Positions 47,645 through 56,600 of a DNA stretch of 64,000 nucleotides are shown here, in pieces (the first letter of the stretch is position 1; each line of letters starts with the position of its first letter). Source of the stretch: Clostridia bacterium (GTDB taxonomy: Bacteria > Bacillota > Clostridia > Oscillospirales > CAG-272). Position numbers and translations under genes: made by a program. Where the stretch lies: the NCBI GenBank assembly GCA_017407835.1, contig JAFQVV010000032.1:20353-84352 (forward strand). The letters are read 5' to 3'. The notes under the pieces were generated by a model that ran no database searches, was not told the DNA's origin, and saw nothing but the letters and a program-made list of their open reading frames with translations.

Positions 47645-47881
47645 TTATTTGATTTCGACAGCAACCTTTTTGCCGCAGTCGTTGGATGCAGCTTTGATTA
47701 CCGTACGAATTGCTTTGGCAATACGGCCGTGTCGACCGATTACCATACCCATATCATCGGGCGCGACATTCAGCTCGAGCAGAATGGTGTGGTCGGTTTC
47801 GGTCATCGATACCGATACCTCATCGGGATTGTCCACGATTGCTCGGGCGATGTCGGCCAGAATCTGCTGCAGATTCAACAT
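47645..47881 (-). CDS. khpA: KH-domain RNA-binding protein (KhpA/YlqC)
   Basis: DMGMVIGRHGRIAKAIRTV (GxxG KH motif); 78 aa, directly downstream of rpsP as in Firmicutes. Confidence 0.85.
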   Translation of the reverse strand: MLNLQQILADIARAIVDNPDEVSVSMTETDHTILLELNVAPDDMGMVIGRHGRIAKAIRTVIKAASNDCGKKVAVEIK

Positions 47882-47901
47882 AGTCTCTTACCGCTGAACA
47901 A

Positions 47902-48144
47902 TCAGTCAACGATGCCGGACTTCTTGAGCAGAGCCTTAACAGTCTCGGTGGGCTGTGCGCCGTTTGCGAGCCATGCCTTTGCCTTGTCTGCGTCGATCTT
48001 AATTTCAACGGGGGTGGTCAGGGGGTTGTAGTAACCGATCTCCTCGATGAAGCGACCATCGCGGGGCGAACGGCCGTCAGCGATAACAACGCGGTAGAAG
48101 GGAGCCTTCTTTGCACCCATTCTTCTCAGTCTCATTTTTACCAT
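47902..48144 (-). CDS. rpsP: 30S ribosomal protein S16
   Basis: [44 protein letters not shown] at 48144 follows GGAGGAT. Confidence 0.95.
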   Translation of the reverse strand: MVKMRLRRMGAKKAPFYRVVIADGRSPRDGRFIEEIGYYNPLTTPVEIKIDADKAKAWLANGAQPTETVKALLKKSGIVD

Positions 48145-48192
48145 GGTAGTATCCTCCAAAATATAAAATAAATTATTTATAAAAAATCCGGT

Positions 48193-49524
48193 TTAGAACG
48201 GAATTTTCATCTTGCCGAAGCGGCCTTTTTTGCCGCCGCCGGAGAATTGTTTCATCAGCTTTTGAATCTGATCGAACTGCTTAAGCAGGCGATTGACCTC
48301 TTCCACCGATGTGCCGCTTCCCGCTGCAATGCGTTTTTTGCGGGACGCTCCGATAATCTCGGGTTTGGTGCGCTCGGCGGGTGTCATGGAGCGGATGATA
48401 GCCTCAACCCGTCCCATTGCCTTCTCGTCGATTTTGGCATCCTTGAGTGCGCCCGGCTTCATGCCCGGCATCATGGAGAGAATCGACTCCAGCGAGCCCA
48501 TGTTGCGCATCTGCTGGAACTGGTCGAGATAATCGTCCAGTGTGAAGGTGGACTGGCGCAGCTTTTTCTCCAGTTCCGCGGCCTTCTTTTCGTCAAAGGC
48601 CTGCTCGGCCTTTTCGATCAGTGACAGAACGTCCCCCATACCGAGAATGCGGGAGGCCATGCGGTCGGGATGGAAGGGCTCAATGGCATCGAGCTTTTCG
48701 CCGACGCCGATGAACTTGATCGGCTTGCCCGTGACATGGCGGATCGAGAGAGCCGCACCGCCGCGGGTGTCGCCGTCCAGCTTGGTGAGAATCACGCCGG
48801 TGACCTCAAGCTGTTCGTTGAAGGACTGGGCAACCGTGACCGAGTCCTGACCGATCATGGCATCCACTGTCAGAAGAATCTCGGTGGGGTTGACCGCTTC
48901 CTTGATGCCCTGCAGCTCCGCCATCAGTCCCTCATCGATGTGCAGGCGTCCTGCCGTATCGATGAAGACCATGTCGTGCCCGTGGCGCTCGGCATGGCGA
49001 AGACCTTCCTTCGCGATCTCGATGGGAGAGACCTTGTCACCCATGGAGAAGACGGGAATCTCCAGTTTCTCGCCCAGGATCTCCAGCTGTTTGATGGCGG
49101 CGGGACGGTAAACGTCACAGGCCACCAAAAGAGGACGCTTGCCCTGCTTTTTGTACATTCCGGCCAGCTTGCCGGCGTGAGTGGTTTTACCTGCGCCTTG
49201 CAAACCCACCATCATGATCACCGTAGGGGGCTTGGAGGCGATCTGCAGCTTGCTCTGGCTGCCGCCCATCATATTGGTCAGTTCTTCGTTGACGATTTTG
49301 ACAACCTGCTGTGCGGGGACGAGACTTTCCAGCACCTCGGCGCCCACAGCACGCTCGGTAACGATTTTGATGAATTCCCGGACGACCTTGAAGTTGACAT
49401 CGGCTTCCAGCAGGGCGAGTTTGATCTCGCGCATCCCTTCCTTGACGTCTGCCTCGGTGAGCTTGCCCTTGTTTTTGAATTTTTTGAATGCGTTTGTCAG
49501 TTTATCGGACAGGCTTTCGAACAT
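48193..49524 (-). CDS. ffh: Signal recognition particle protein Ffh
   Basis: N domain, then G domain with GLQGAGKTT, DTAGR and TKLDGD, then a Met-rich M domain. Confidence 0.95.
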   Translation of the reverse strand: MFESLSDKLTNAFKKFKNKGKLTEADVKEGMREIKLALLEADVNFKVVREFIKIVTERAVGAEVLESLVPAQQVVKIVNEELTNMMGGSQSKLQIASKPPTVIMMVGLQGAGKTTHAGKLAGMYKKQGKRPLLVACDVYRPAAIKQLEILGEKLEIPVFSMGDKVSPIEIAKEGLRHAERHGHDMVFIDTAGRLHIDEGLMAELQGIKEAVNPTEILLTVDAMIGQDSVTVAQSFNEQLEVTGVILTKLDGDTRGGAALSIRHVTGKPIKFIGVGEKLDAIEPFHPDRMASRILGMGDVLSLIEKAEQAFDEKKAAELEKKLRQSTFTLDDYLDQFQQMRNMGSLESILSMMPGMKPGALKDAKIDEKAMGRVEAIIRSMTPAERTKPEIIGASRKKRIAAGSGTSVEEVNRLLKQFDQIQKLMKQFSGGGKKGRFGKMKIPF

Positions 49525-49545
49525 CGCGTGAATCCTTTCTTTGGG

Positions 49546-49884
49546 TTATTTGAGCCGCTGGCAAATGTCAGCGAGGGTTTTGCGCAGTGCGGGGGAGAGT
49601 GGCTCACTGTCGGCATCGAGAACTGTCTCAAGCCGGGCGGAAAGTGCCTGCAGCTCGGCAAAGCGAGCCGCCATGCCCAACTTATCCTCAAAATTGCGCA
49701 GTTCCTCTTCGCCCCGTTTGATGGCATCGCGCACGCCCTGTCGGGAAATACCGACCTCGGCTGCAATCTCTGCCAGTGAGTAATCTTCGTTATAATAGAG
49801 CGACATCAGCTCGCGCCGTCTGTCGGCGAGCAGTTCGCCGTAAAAGTCGAGCAGGTAGCCGATGGTCAGATTTTTCTCAAACAT
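49546..49884 (-). CDS. ylxM: YlxM/UPF0122 putative DNA-binding protein
   Basis: LLDFYGELL...MSLYYNEDYSLAEIAAEVGISRQGVRDAIKR is a sigma-70 region-4-like HTH. Lies upstream of ffh. Confidence 0.85.
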   Translation of the reverse strand: MFEKNLTIGYLLDFYGELLADRRRELMSLYYNEDYSLAEIAAEVGISRQGVRDAIKRGEEELRNFEDKLGMAARFAELQALSARLETVLDADSEPLSPALRKTLADICQRLK

Positions 49885-49920
49885 AGCACCGATCTCCCTG
49901 TAAAGCAAAACACTTTACAG

Positions 49921-49949
49921 ATTATAGCACAACCGCGCCCTCTTGTCAA
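49921..49949 (-). promoter_or_regulatory. Promoter of the ylxM-ffh-rpsP-khpA operon
   Basis: Minus strand TTGACA (49949-49944), 17-nt spacer, TGcTATAAT (49926-49921). The -35 box lies in the loop region of the hairpin at 49932-49960. Confidence 0.7.
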
Positions 49950-49960
49950 GAGGGCGCGGT
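49932..49960. terminator. Hairpin downstream of the 49975 gene
   Basis: 12-13-bp stem ACCGCGCCCTCTT/AAGAGGGCGCGGT. The T-run (TTTTTTT, 49962-49968) is on the plus-strand side only. Confidence 0.5.
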
Positions 49961-49974
49961 GATTTTTTTGAAAA

Positions 49975-50598
49975 TTATTTCTCTTTTTTGCTGTTTGATC
50001 TGCGGATCAATAGGACGGCGGACAGGGAAAGACCGCCGATAATCATCAGCGAGCCGACGATGACGATGACTTGACGGGCGAGACTGCCCAGCAGGGTAAG
50101 CAGGATACCGATTCCCGCCAGATAAAGACCGCTGGGCCAGCCGAAGCGAGCCACCAGTCGGCGGAGAAAATCCTCGGGCGGGGTATTGGTGTTTTCGTCT
50201 GCATGGGAAGCGTCTTCTTCAGCAGATGGAGTTTCCTCAGTCGGTGCCGGATCTGCGGCTGTGGCTTTTTCTGTATCGCCTGGTTTATCCTCATCTAAAA
50301 TCCGGCCAAACCGGTCGACCAGCGATTTGCAATTTTCCATCACTGTGTCCATCCAGGGCTGTTTCGGCTCTTCTTTTTTCTCTGTGTCCCGGGGCATTTC
50401 ACAGCTGTCATCCAACAGCCAATCTGTGGTGACACCGAACAGCCGCGCCAGCAGAAGCAGCTTGGCGGGCTCGGGAATATTGTCGCCGCATTCCCAGCGA
50501 GAGACGGCCTGACGGGAGACGCCAAGCTGTTCTGCCAGCTCCTCCTGGGAGAGTTTGGTCTGTGTGCGGCAGGTGTAGATCTTGTCACATAGTTTCAT
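49975..50598 (-). CDS. Membrane-tethered XRE-family HTH regulator (paralogue 1)
   Basis: LSQEELAEQLGVSRQAVSRWECGDNIPEP HTH, an acidic linker, and a C-terminal double TM segment. RBS AAGGAGG. Confidence 0.75.
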   Translation of the reverse strand: MKLCDKIYTCRTQTKLSQEELAEQLGVSRQAVSRWECGDNIPEPAKLLLLARLFGVTTDWLLDDSCEMPRDTEKKEEPKQPWMDTVMENCKSLVDRFGRILDEDKPGDTEKATAADPAPTEETPSAEEDASHADENTNTPPEDFLRRLVARFGWPSGLYLAGIGILLTLLGSLARQVIVIVGSLMIIGGLSLSAVLLIRRSNSKKEK

Positions 50599-50706
50599 GG
50601 TGAACCTCCTTGGGGGTGTTTTTTTATCTCCATTTTACCGTGAATCCCGCGGGAAATCCACCACATCGATCGGGAAATTCGCGCAAGCAGAGCTTGCGGT
50701 TTTGGG

Positions 50707-51480
50707 TTATGCCGATCGCTTCCCGTGCCCCATGCGGCGCAGGACAATGGTCAGCACACCGCCGCCGATCATCATGATTACACCGATGGTGATGATCAGG
50801 TTGGGGATGATCATCAGAGCCGAGCCGAAACCGGATGAAACAGTGGCGGTTGACGGAAGGGAGGCAGTGGGCACACTTCCATAAAAATCTGTATAAATCT
50901 GGTCCAACATTTCATCCGGCAGGTCAGAGACGGGATTTCCATTTCCGTCGTGGATGAGGATTGTCTCGGACGGGATGCCGAAAAATCCGTCTGACACCTC
51001 ACCCCAGAAAGCAGACTCCATTTGGGTTGCGCTGTCAATGGCCATCCCGAACATCAGCCGTCCCGCGACGCCGATCCCGGTGAAGAGGACGCCGATCAGC
51101 AAAATATAGACCCCCGCCAGCCACCCCCAACGGCGCAGGAAGCGGGCGATCAGTCCGGGGGCGGAGTCGATCCAACCCGGGGCGGCGTAATAATTTGTCT
51201 GCGCTGTGCGATTTGGCTCACTGTTCAGCGTTTGCGCCTGTGTGGCCGATTCTTTCTGTTCGGGCTGCGGTTGAGGATCACCCAGTGTGTCATCGAGCAG
51301 CCAATCGGTTGTGACCGAGAAGAGACGGGCAAGCGCCAGAAGCTTTGCCGGCTCAGGCACGGCATCCCCGCACTCCCATTTGGAGACGGCCTGACGGGAA
51401 ACACCCACTTGTTCAGCCAATGTCTCCTGCGACAGCCCCGCACGGCGGCGGCAGGCGATGATTTTTTCGTTGAGTTGCAT
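50707..51480 (-). CDS. Membrane-tethered XRE-family HTH regulator (paralogue 2)
   Basis: LSQETLAEQVGVSRQAVSKWECGDAVPEP HTH and two TM helices flanking an approximately 75-aa loop. ATG at 51480 follows AGAGGAGG. Confidence 0.75.
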   Translation of the reverse strand: MQLNEKIIACRRRAGLSQETLAEQVGVSRQAVSKWECGDAVPEPAKLLALARLFSVTTDWLLDDTLGDPQPQPEQKESATQAQTLNSEPNRTAQTNYYAAPGWIDSAPGLIARFLRRWGWLAGVYILLIGVLFTGIGVAGRLMFGMAIDSATQMESAFWGEVSDGFFGIPSETILIHDGNGNPVSDLPDEMLDQIYTDFYGSVPTASLPSTATVSSGFGSALMIIPNLIITIGVIMMIGGGVLTIVLRRMGHGKRSA

Positions 51481-51587
51481 AGACGTAACCTCCTCTGATT
51501 TGGTGATCACAGTATAGCAGGAAGGGGGGGCTTTTTACCACCATCTCGGGCTTGAATTTTCGCAACCACAGGTTGCAGAGGGGGAAT

Positions 51588-53477
51588 TTACGCTTTTTTC
51601 TCCTCAGCTGCTGCCAAAATTTCCTGTATAATGGCGTCTCGATCTACACCTGCAGCGGCGAAAATTGAGATGTCGCGGTCGCGCTGTACAAAGTGGTCAT
51701 CTACTGCCAGGATGCGTATCTGCTTGTTCTGCATAATGCTGCGTTGGCTCAACTGATCGGTGAGCAGCATCCCCATGCCGCCTGCACGTATCTCCTCCTC
51801 AAGGAAAAGCACCACTGCCTCGCCCCGCGGAAGCTTGGCTTCGATCAGATCGGCGACGCGGTTAAAGGGTTTGATCAATTCAAGCAGCATCACGCCGCAG
51901 CGCAGCCCCTGCGCACTCAGCGCCGACTCGGCTGCCAGCGCTTCGGCGGCAATGCGGCCATGGCAGATGATGACGGCATCGAGCTCCTCACCGTCGGCAT
52001 AATCGCAGCGAAGAGCAGGAGATGCTTCACTGTCTCCCTCGGGATAGAATGCCGCGCGGATTGCGGGGGATTCGCCTGCATTTGGGTAACGGATTGCCAC
52101 AGGACCATCGGCGGCAAGGGCGGCGTGCATGGCAGAGCGAAGTGCGCCGAAGGTTGCGGGGGTATAGATGGTCATGTTGGGAATCTGCGCCAGAAACGCG
52201 ACATCAAAGATGCCGTGATGCGTTGCACCGTCCCCTGCATTCAGACCTGCGCGATCAACGCCGAAGATCACGGGCAGTTTTTGCAGCGCAACATCGTGGA
52301 TGATGCTGTCATATCCCCGCTGCAGGAAGGTTGAGTAAATGGCACAGAAGGGGCGCATACCGTGTGCCGCCAGTCCTGCGGCGAAAGTAACGGCGTGCTC
52401 CTCGGCGATGCCCACATCAAAAAAGCGGTTTGTGTGTGCGCGGCGAAATTCTTCCAGCCCTGTTCCCTCGCTCATGGCGGCAGTGATGGCGCAGATGCGC
52501 GCATCCTCGGCGGCAAGCTTGGTCAGTGTATGGCCGAATTCGGCAGAGAAATTGTGTGCCGCCTGCTTTCCTGCGGGAGGGATGGCATGGAATGCCGAGG
52601 GACTTTGCTCGGCGGGAGCGTAACCATGTCCTTTCTGCGTTTTGACATGAATGATGGCACTTTGACCGGCGGCGATTGCTTCGCGCAGCAAAATTTCCAG
52701 CGCTTCACTGTCGTGTCCGTCCACCGGGCCCAGATAATAGAGTCCGAGGTCCTCGAAATAGTTGCTGGAGTAGACCATGTTTTTGATTGTCTGCTTGATG
52801 TCGCGAATGCCGCGGAAGAGAGCAGGACCAATGAGCGGAATGTGGGAGATGATGTTCCGCGTCGCCCGTTTGGTACGGATGTATCCGCCCGAGGTGCGCA
52901 GGCGGGCGAGATTTTTTGCAAAACGTCCCGTGTTTTTGGAGATCGACATTTCGTTTTCGTTGAGAATGATGATCAAGCGCAGGTTCTTCTCGCAGTTGTT
53001 GAGCGCTTCATGAATCATTCCCCCCGTGAAGGCGCCGTCGCCGATGACGGCAATCGAATATGCGTCAGAGCCGCGCAGACGGTCAGCCTGGGCGAAACCG
53101 AGGGCTGCCGAGAGCGAGGTCGAGGAATGGCCCGCGCCAAAACAGTCATGCTCACTTTCGGTGCGCAGGGTAAAACCCGAAAGCCCGCCGCCCTGCCGCA
53201 GCGTGGGGAATCGGTCCCGTCGTCCTGTCAGCAGCTTATGGACATAGCACTGGTGCCCCACGTCAAAAATAATATGATCGTGCGGCGTGGTAAATACGCG
53301 GTGGAGCGCGAGCGTCAGCTCAATCACACCGAGGTTTGATGCAAGGTGACCGCCGTGCGCCGTGACCTCGTGGATCAGATAGGCGCGAATTTCATCGGCC
53401 AGTGCCGATACTTGTTCGGCAGACAGTGCTTTGAGATCGGCGGGGGAATGTATGGTATCAAGAATCGGATAGGACAT
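51588..53477 (-). CDS. dxs: 1-deoxy-D-xylulose-5-phosphate synthase
   Basis: GGHLASNLGVIELTLALH, DVGHQCYVHKLLTGR and GDGAFTGGM (ThDP motif). Confidence 0.95.
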   Translation of the reverse strand: MSYPILDTIHSPADLKALSAEQVSALADEIRAYLIHEVTAHGGHLASNLGVIELTLALHRVFTTPHDHIIFDVGHQCYVHKLLTGRRDRFPTLRQGGGLSGFTLRTESEHDCFGAGHSSTSLSAALGFAQADRLRGSDAYSIAVIGDGAFTGGMIHEALNNCEKNLRLIIILNENEMSISKNTGRFAKNLARLRTSGGYIRTKRATRNIISHIPLIGPALFRGIRDIKQTIKNMVYSSNYFEDLGLYYLGPVDGHDSEALEILLREAIAAGQSAIIHVKTQKGHGYAPAEQSPSAFHAIPPAGKQAAHNFSAEFGHTLTKLAAEDARICAITAAMSEGTGLEEFRRAHTNRFFDVGIAEEHAVTFAAGLAAHGMRPFCAIYSTFLQRGYDSIIHDVALQKLPVIFGVDRAGLNAGDGATHHGIFDVAFLAQIPNMTIYTPATFGALRSAMHAALAADGPVAIRYPNAGESPAIRAAFYPEGDSEASPALRCDYADGEELDAVIICHGRIAAEALAAESALSAQGLRCGVMLLELIKPFNRVADLIEAKLPRGEAVVLFLEEEIRAGGMGMLLTDQLSQRSIMQNKQIRILAVDDHFVQRDRDISIFAAAGVDRDAIIQEILAAAEEKKA

Positions 53478-53571
53478 AGCTCCTCCTATATGGGATAGGA
53501 TATCTTTATTTTAGCACAGAATGCCGCAAATAACAAGGGGGATGGAGCTTTTTCTTGCAGGATAACGGGTG

Positions 53572-53614
53572 GAGAGAAAAGCGGGATGCCGTGCACTTGG
53601 CGCGGCACCCCGCT
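53572..53614 (-). terminator. Intrinsic terminator of the blaI-blaR1-like operon
   Basis: 12-bp stem (one G-U pair) AGCGGGGUGCCG/CGGCAUCCCGCU followed by UUUUCUCUC on the minus strand. Confidence 0.7.
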
Positions 53615-53630
53615 CGGGACAGTGATGAAT

Positions 53631-56600
53631 TTACGGTGTATATGTGCGATAAGTGCCGACGATGCGGTCGGCCGTGGAGAGTACAAAGTCAAAGCTCTCG
53701 CCCGGGCACACGGCGAAGGCCGAGGCAGTGTCCCCTTCACAGAGGTAGTAGACAATCCAATCGGCCGTGTGATTCGTACTCTCTTTTATGGTGTAGATGG
53801 CACGACAGAGGGAGACACCGTTTACCTCCATCATTTTGCTTTCCTTGATGGTGATGGCGAAGGGGGAGCATCCCATGCTTTGCCAGAAGGCATTACCGTT
53901 TTCCAGCATATACGCAGCAAGCGTTGCGGGATCCTTGGGCAGGGCATCGGTGTAGATGCGCCCGATGTTGTTGCGCACATAGGAGGAATACATCTGGGAG
54001 GTGTAGGTGCTCTGCTCGGGGACGGAAACGGTTTGAATCTCGCCCTTCACACCGAAGTAGCGCCAGCCGTCGCAGGGACCGAATCGCTCATCCTCAGCGT
54101 TATAGCGTACGGGATTCTCGCCGGCAAAGTCGGGGGGCATCTGTTCTGGGGTCAGGCGAAGGAAATACAGGTCAAGCTCATGCGCCGAGGGGGAGCCGCC
54201 CAGGGCCGCTTTGGTCTTGGCATAGGCACCCGGTGTGCAGATTGCCGCCGTGTCCAAGGGAAGCTGTCGGCTCTGTACAATCGACTTCAGGGTTTCCTCG
54301 GGAATGCTAAGCCGCTCGGCCACCTCCACAATGCTCCAGTATTGGAGCCGGTTGACAGAGAAATGTGCACCGCCTGCCAGCGCACCCAGACTGCGGTCTT
54401 TTTCGGTTACCCATGTGTTGAGGGCATCAAGATTGTGCTCGGTCAGATATTCCACAATTGCTTTTTTAGCCAACCAAAGCTGGCGTTCTGTTTGCAGCGT
54501 GGCCAGCCGTTCGTTGGCCGTGGCGTAGTAGGCTTCAATCTCGGCATCACTTCCCCCGAAGAGGAGGTCAAGATTGTAATCTCCGCCGTAGAAGAGGGAG
54601 GGATCATGCACCAAGAGCTCTTCAAACTGTGCGCGGGTGATGCCGAAGTCCCGAATCAGCTGGACAATGTTGGGACCGCAGGCTGTCTTGTCAATCTGTG
54701 TCTGCAGCCAGCCGTTGAATTTGTTTTCTCCCACCAAGTCGATCAATGATCCGGGGAAGGCGTGGTAGGCCGAGTAATAATATCCCGGGGAGAGGGCGAT
54801 ATAATGTGCGCAGTAGCCATTCTCGGTGGGGGTCTGCAGTGTGTTTTCCTCCGGCTCGGCGGTAGTGGCAGGGGGCGAGACAGTGACGGGAGGGTTGGTG
54901 GTCTCGGTGCTCGCTGCCGATGCGGGGAGGGAAAAGCTCACCACGCAGGGGAAACGGGGCGATACGGTGCAGGGGCCCAGACGGGTGTCCCCGAAGGGCT
55001 CGTTGTCGCTGAAGCGGGGATAGGAGAACATCCCCCCCGCCGCGCCGCTCAGACTGCTGATGACGTAGGAGGAACTGTTATCGTCCCGGATGGCGATGGT
55101 GATGCCGTTTCCGTCGGATTTGGTGACCTGCCAGACGTGGTAGTGGGAATCCCCCGCGGCGGCGTAGCTGAACATGAGGGTATGGTTGGCGAGGGTCAGG
55201 GCGGTGAAGCCGTGATCATCGCCATATTTGCGCACGAGATAGCTGATGACGGTTTTGTATTCTGCGGCGAGCTTCGTGCGGACAGCGTCGGTGAGCAGAT
55301 CATGGAGTTTCTCTCCGGCGGAAAGAGTCACTTTACCGAAGTCGGTGGTCAGGGTGTAGTGGTACATGGGGGCGGGGAGGGAGAAGATGAGAGGACAGGG
55401 GAAGCAGCTTCTTTGATTGCTGATATAGAGAACAGAGTCCCCGGCGCTCAAGGGGAGGATGCCCGAGTCGAGACAGCGAATGTCGGCGATGATATAGTCG
55501 GCGCCCCCCGGCTTCATGGCCATGAGGATGCCGGCACCGCCGGTCTTCTCGGCTGACCAGACACTGGTGTAGTCTCCAAACACCGCGGTGGTCAGGGTGA
55601 GAGTTGTGAAGCCGTGGTTCTGCCCATAGGTGCGGGTGAGGTAGTTGGTGAGGGAGGCATACTCGGCGGCCACGCGGGATTTGGTGTCTTCATCCATCAG
55701 CTCCGAAACATCCTGTGCGGAGGAATAAGCGGGAAGGTTGATCTGGGGCTGGCCCTCAGGGGAAAGCTCGATCTGTACCGTTGCCACCCCCGTTAGCTTG
55801 ACCTCGTACTGCTCATCTTTGATAAACCATACGTTTTGATTGAAGAGGGGCGTGGGATCCTCGGCGGCCGAGGCGGTGTAATCGGTCCCGCCCAGCACGG
55901 TACCCTTGTCGCCGTTGATGATCTCATACCACGCCGCGGAAAGCGCACGGTAGGGGGAGACCGCCTTGGCCAGGTACATCTGCCCGCCGCCTGCCTGCAT
56001 GGCGATGAGGATCGACTCGTAACTGCTGTACTGGATCTCCCAGACGCTGTCCATGCGCTTGCCGTCGATGACGATCTGCTCGGGGCGGAGAGTGAACTGC
56101 CCGTATTTGTGATCCTCGCCGTACAGCTTTTTCAGCACATAATCAATGGCGGTGTACTCACTGCCAAGGCGGGACACGATGTCCGGGGAAAAATCGGGAT
56201 CGGTGAGGGGAGTCCAGCAATGGAGGGTGGGGAGACTTTGATGGATGGTATAATAATAGCTGGCTTTCAGGGATCGTGTGAAGAGATAGCTCTCGGGATC
56301 CATGGAATCGCCGTTTGCGTTGGAGAGGGTGAAGCAGAGGCAGGGCCCCATAGCATGCCCCGTTTCGCCTACCGCACCGATCAGATCGGAGCGATCCACC
56401 TGCTGGCCTACCTGTACAGCGATTGCCTGCAGATGATGATAGCCGGTGACATAGCCGTTTCCGTGATCGATGCGGACATAGTTGCCCCAACCAAGCTCGG
56501 CATCGTAGCCAACAGCCGAGACGATGCCGGGAGCAGCGGCATAGACTCCCGTCCCCGTCGCTGCGGCGTAATCCACGCCACGGTGGAATTGCTGATCTCC

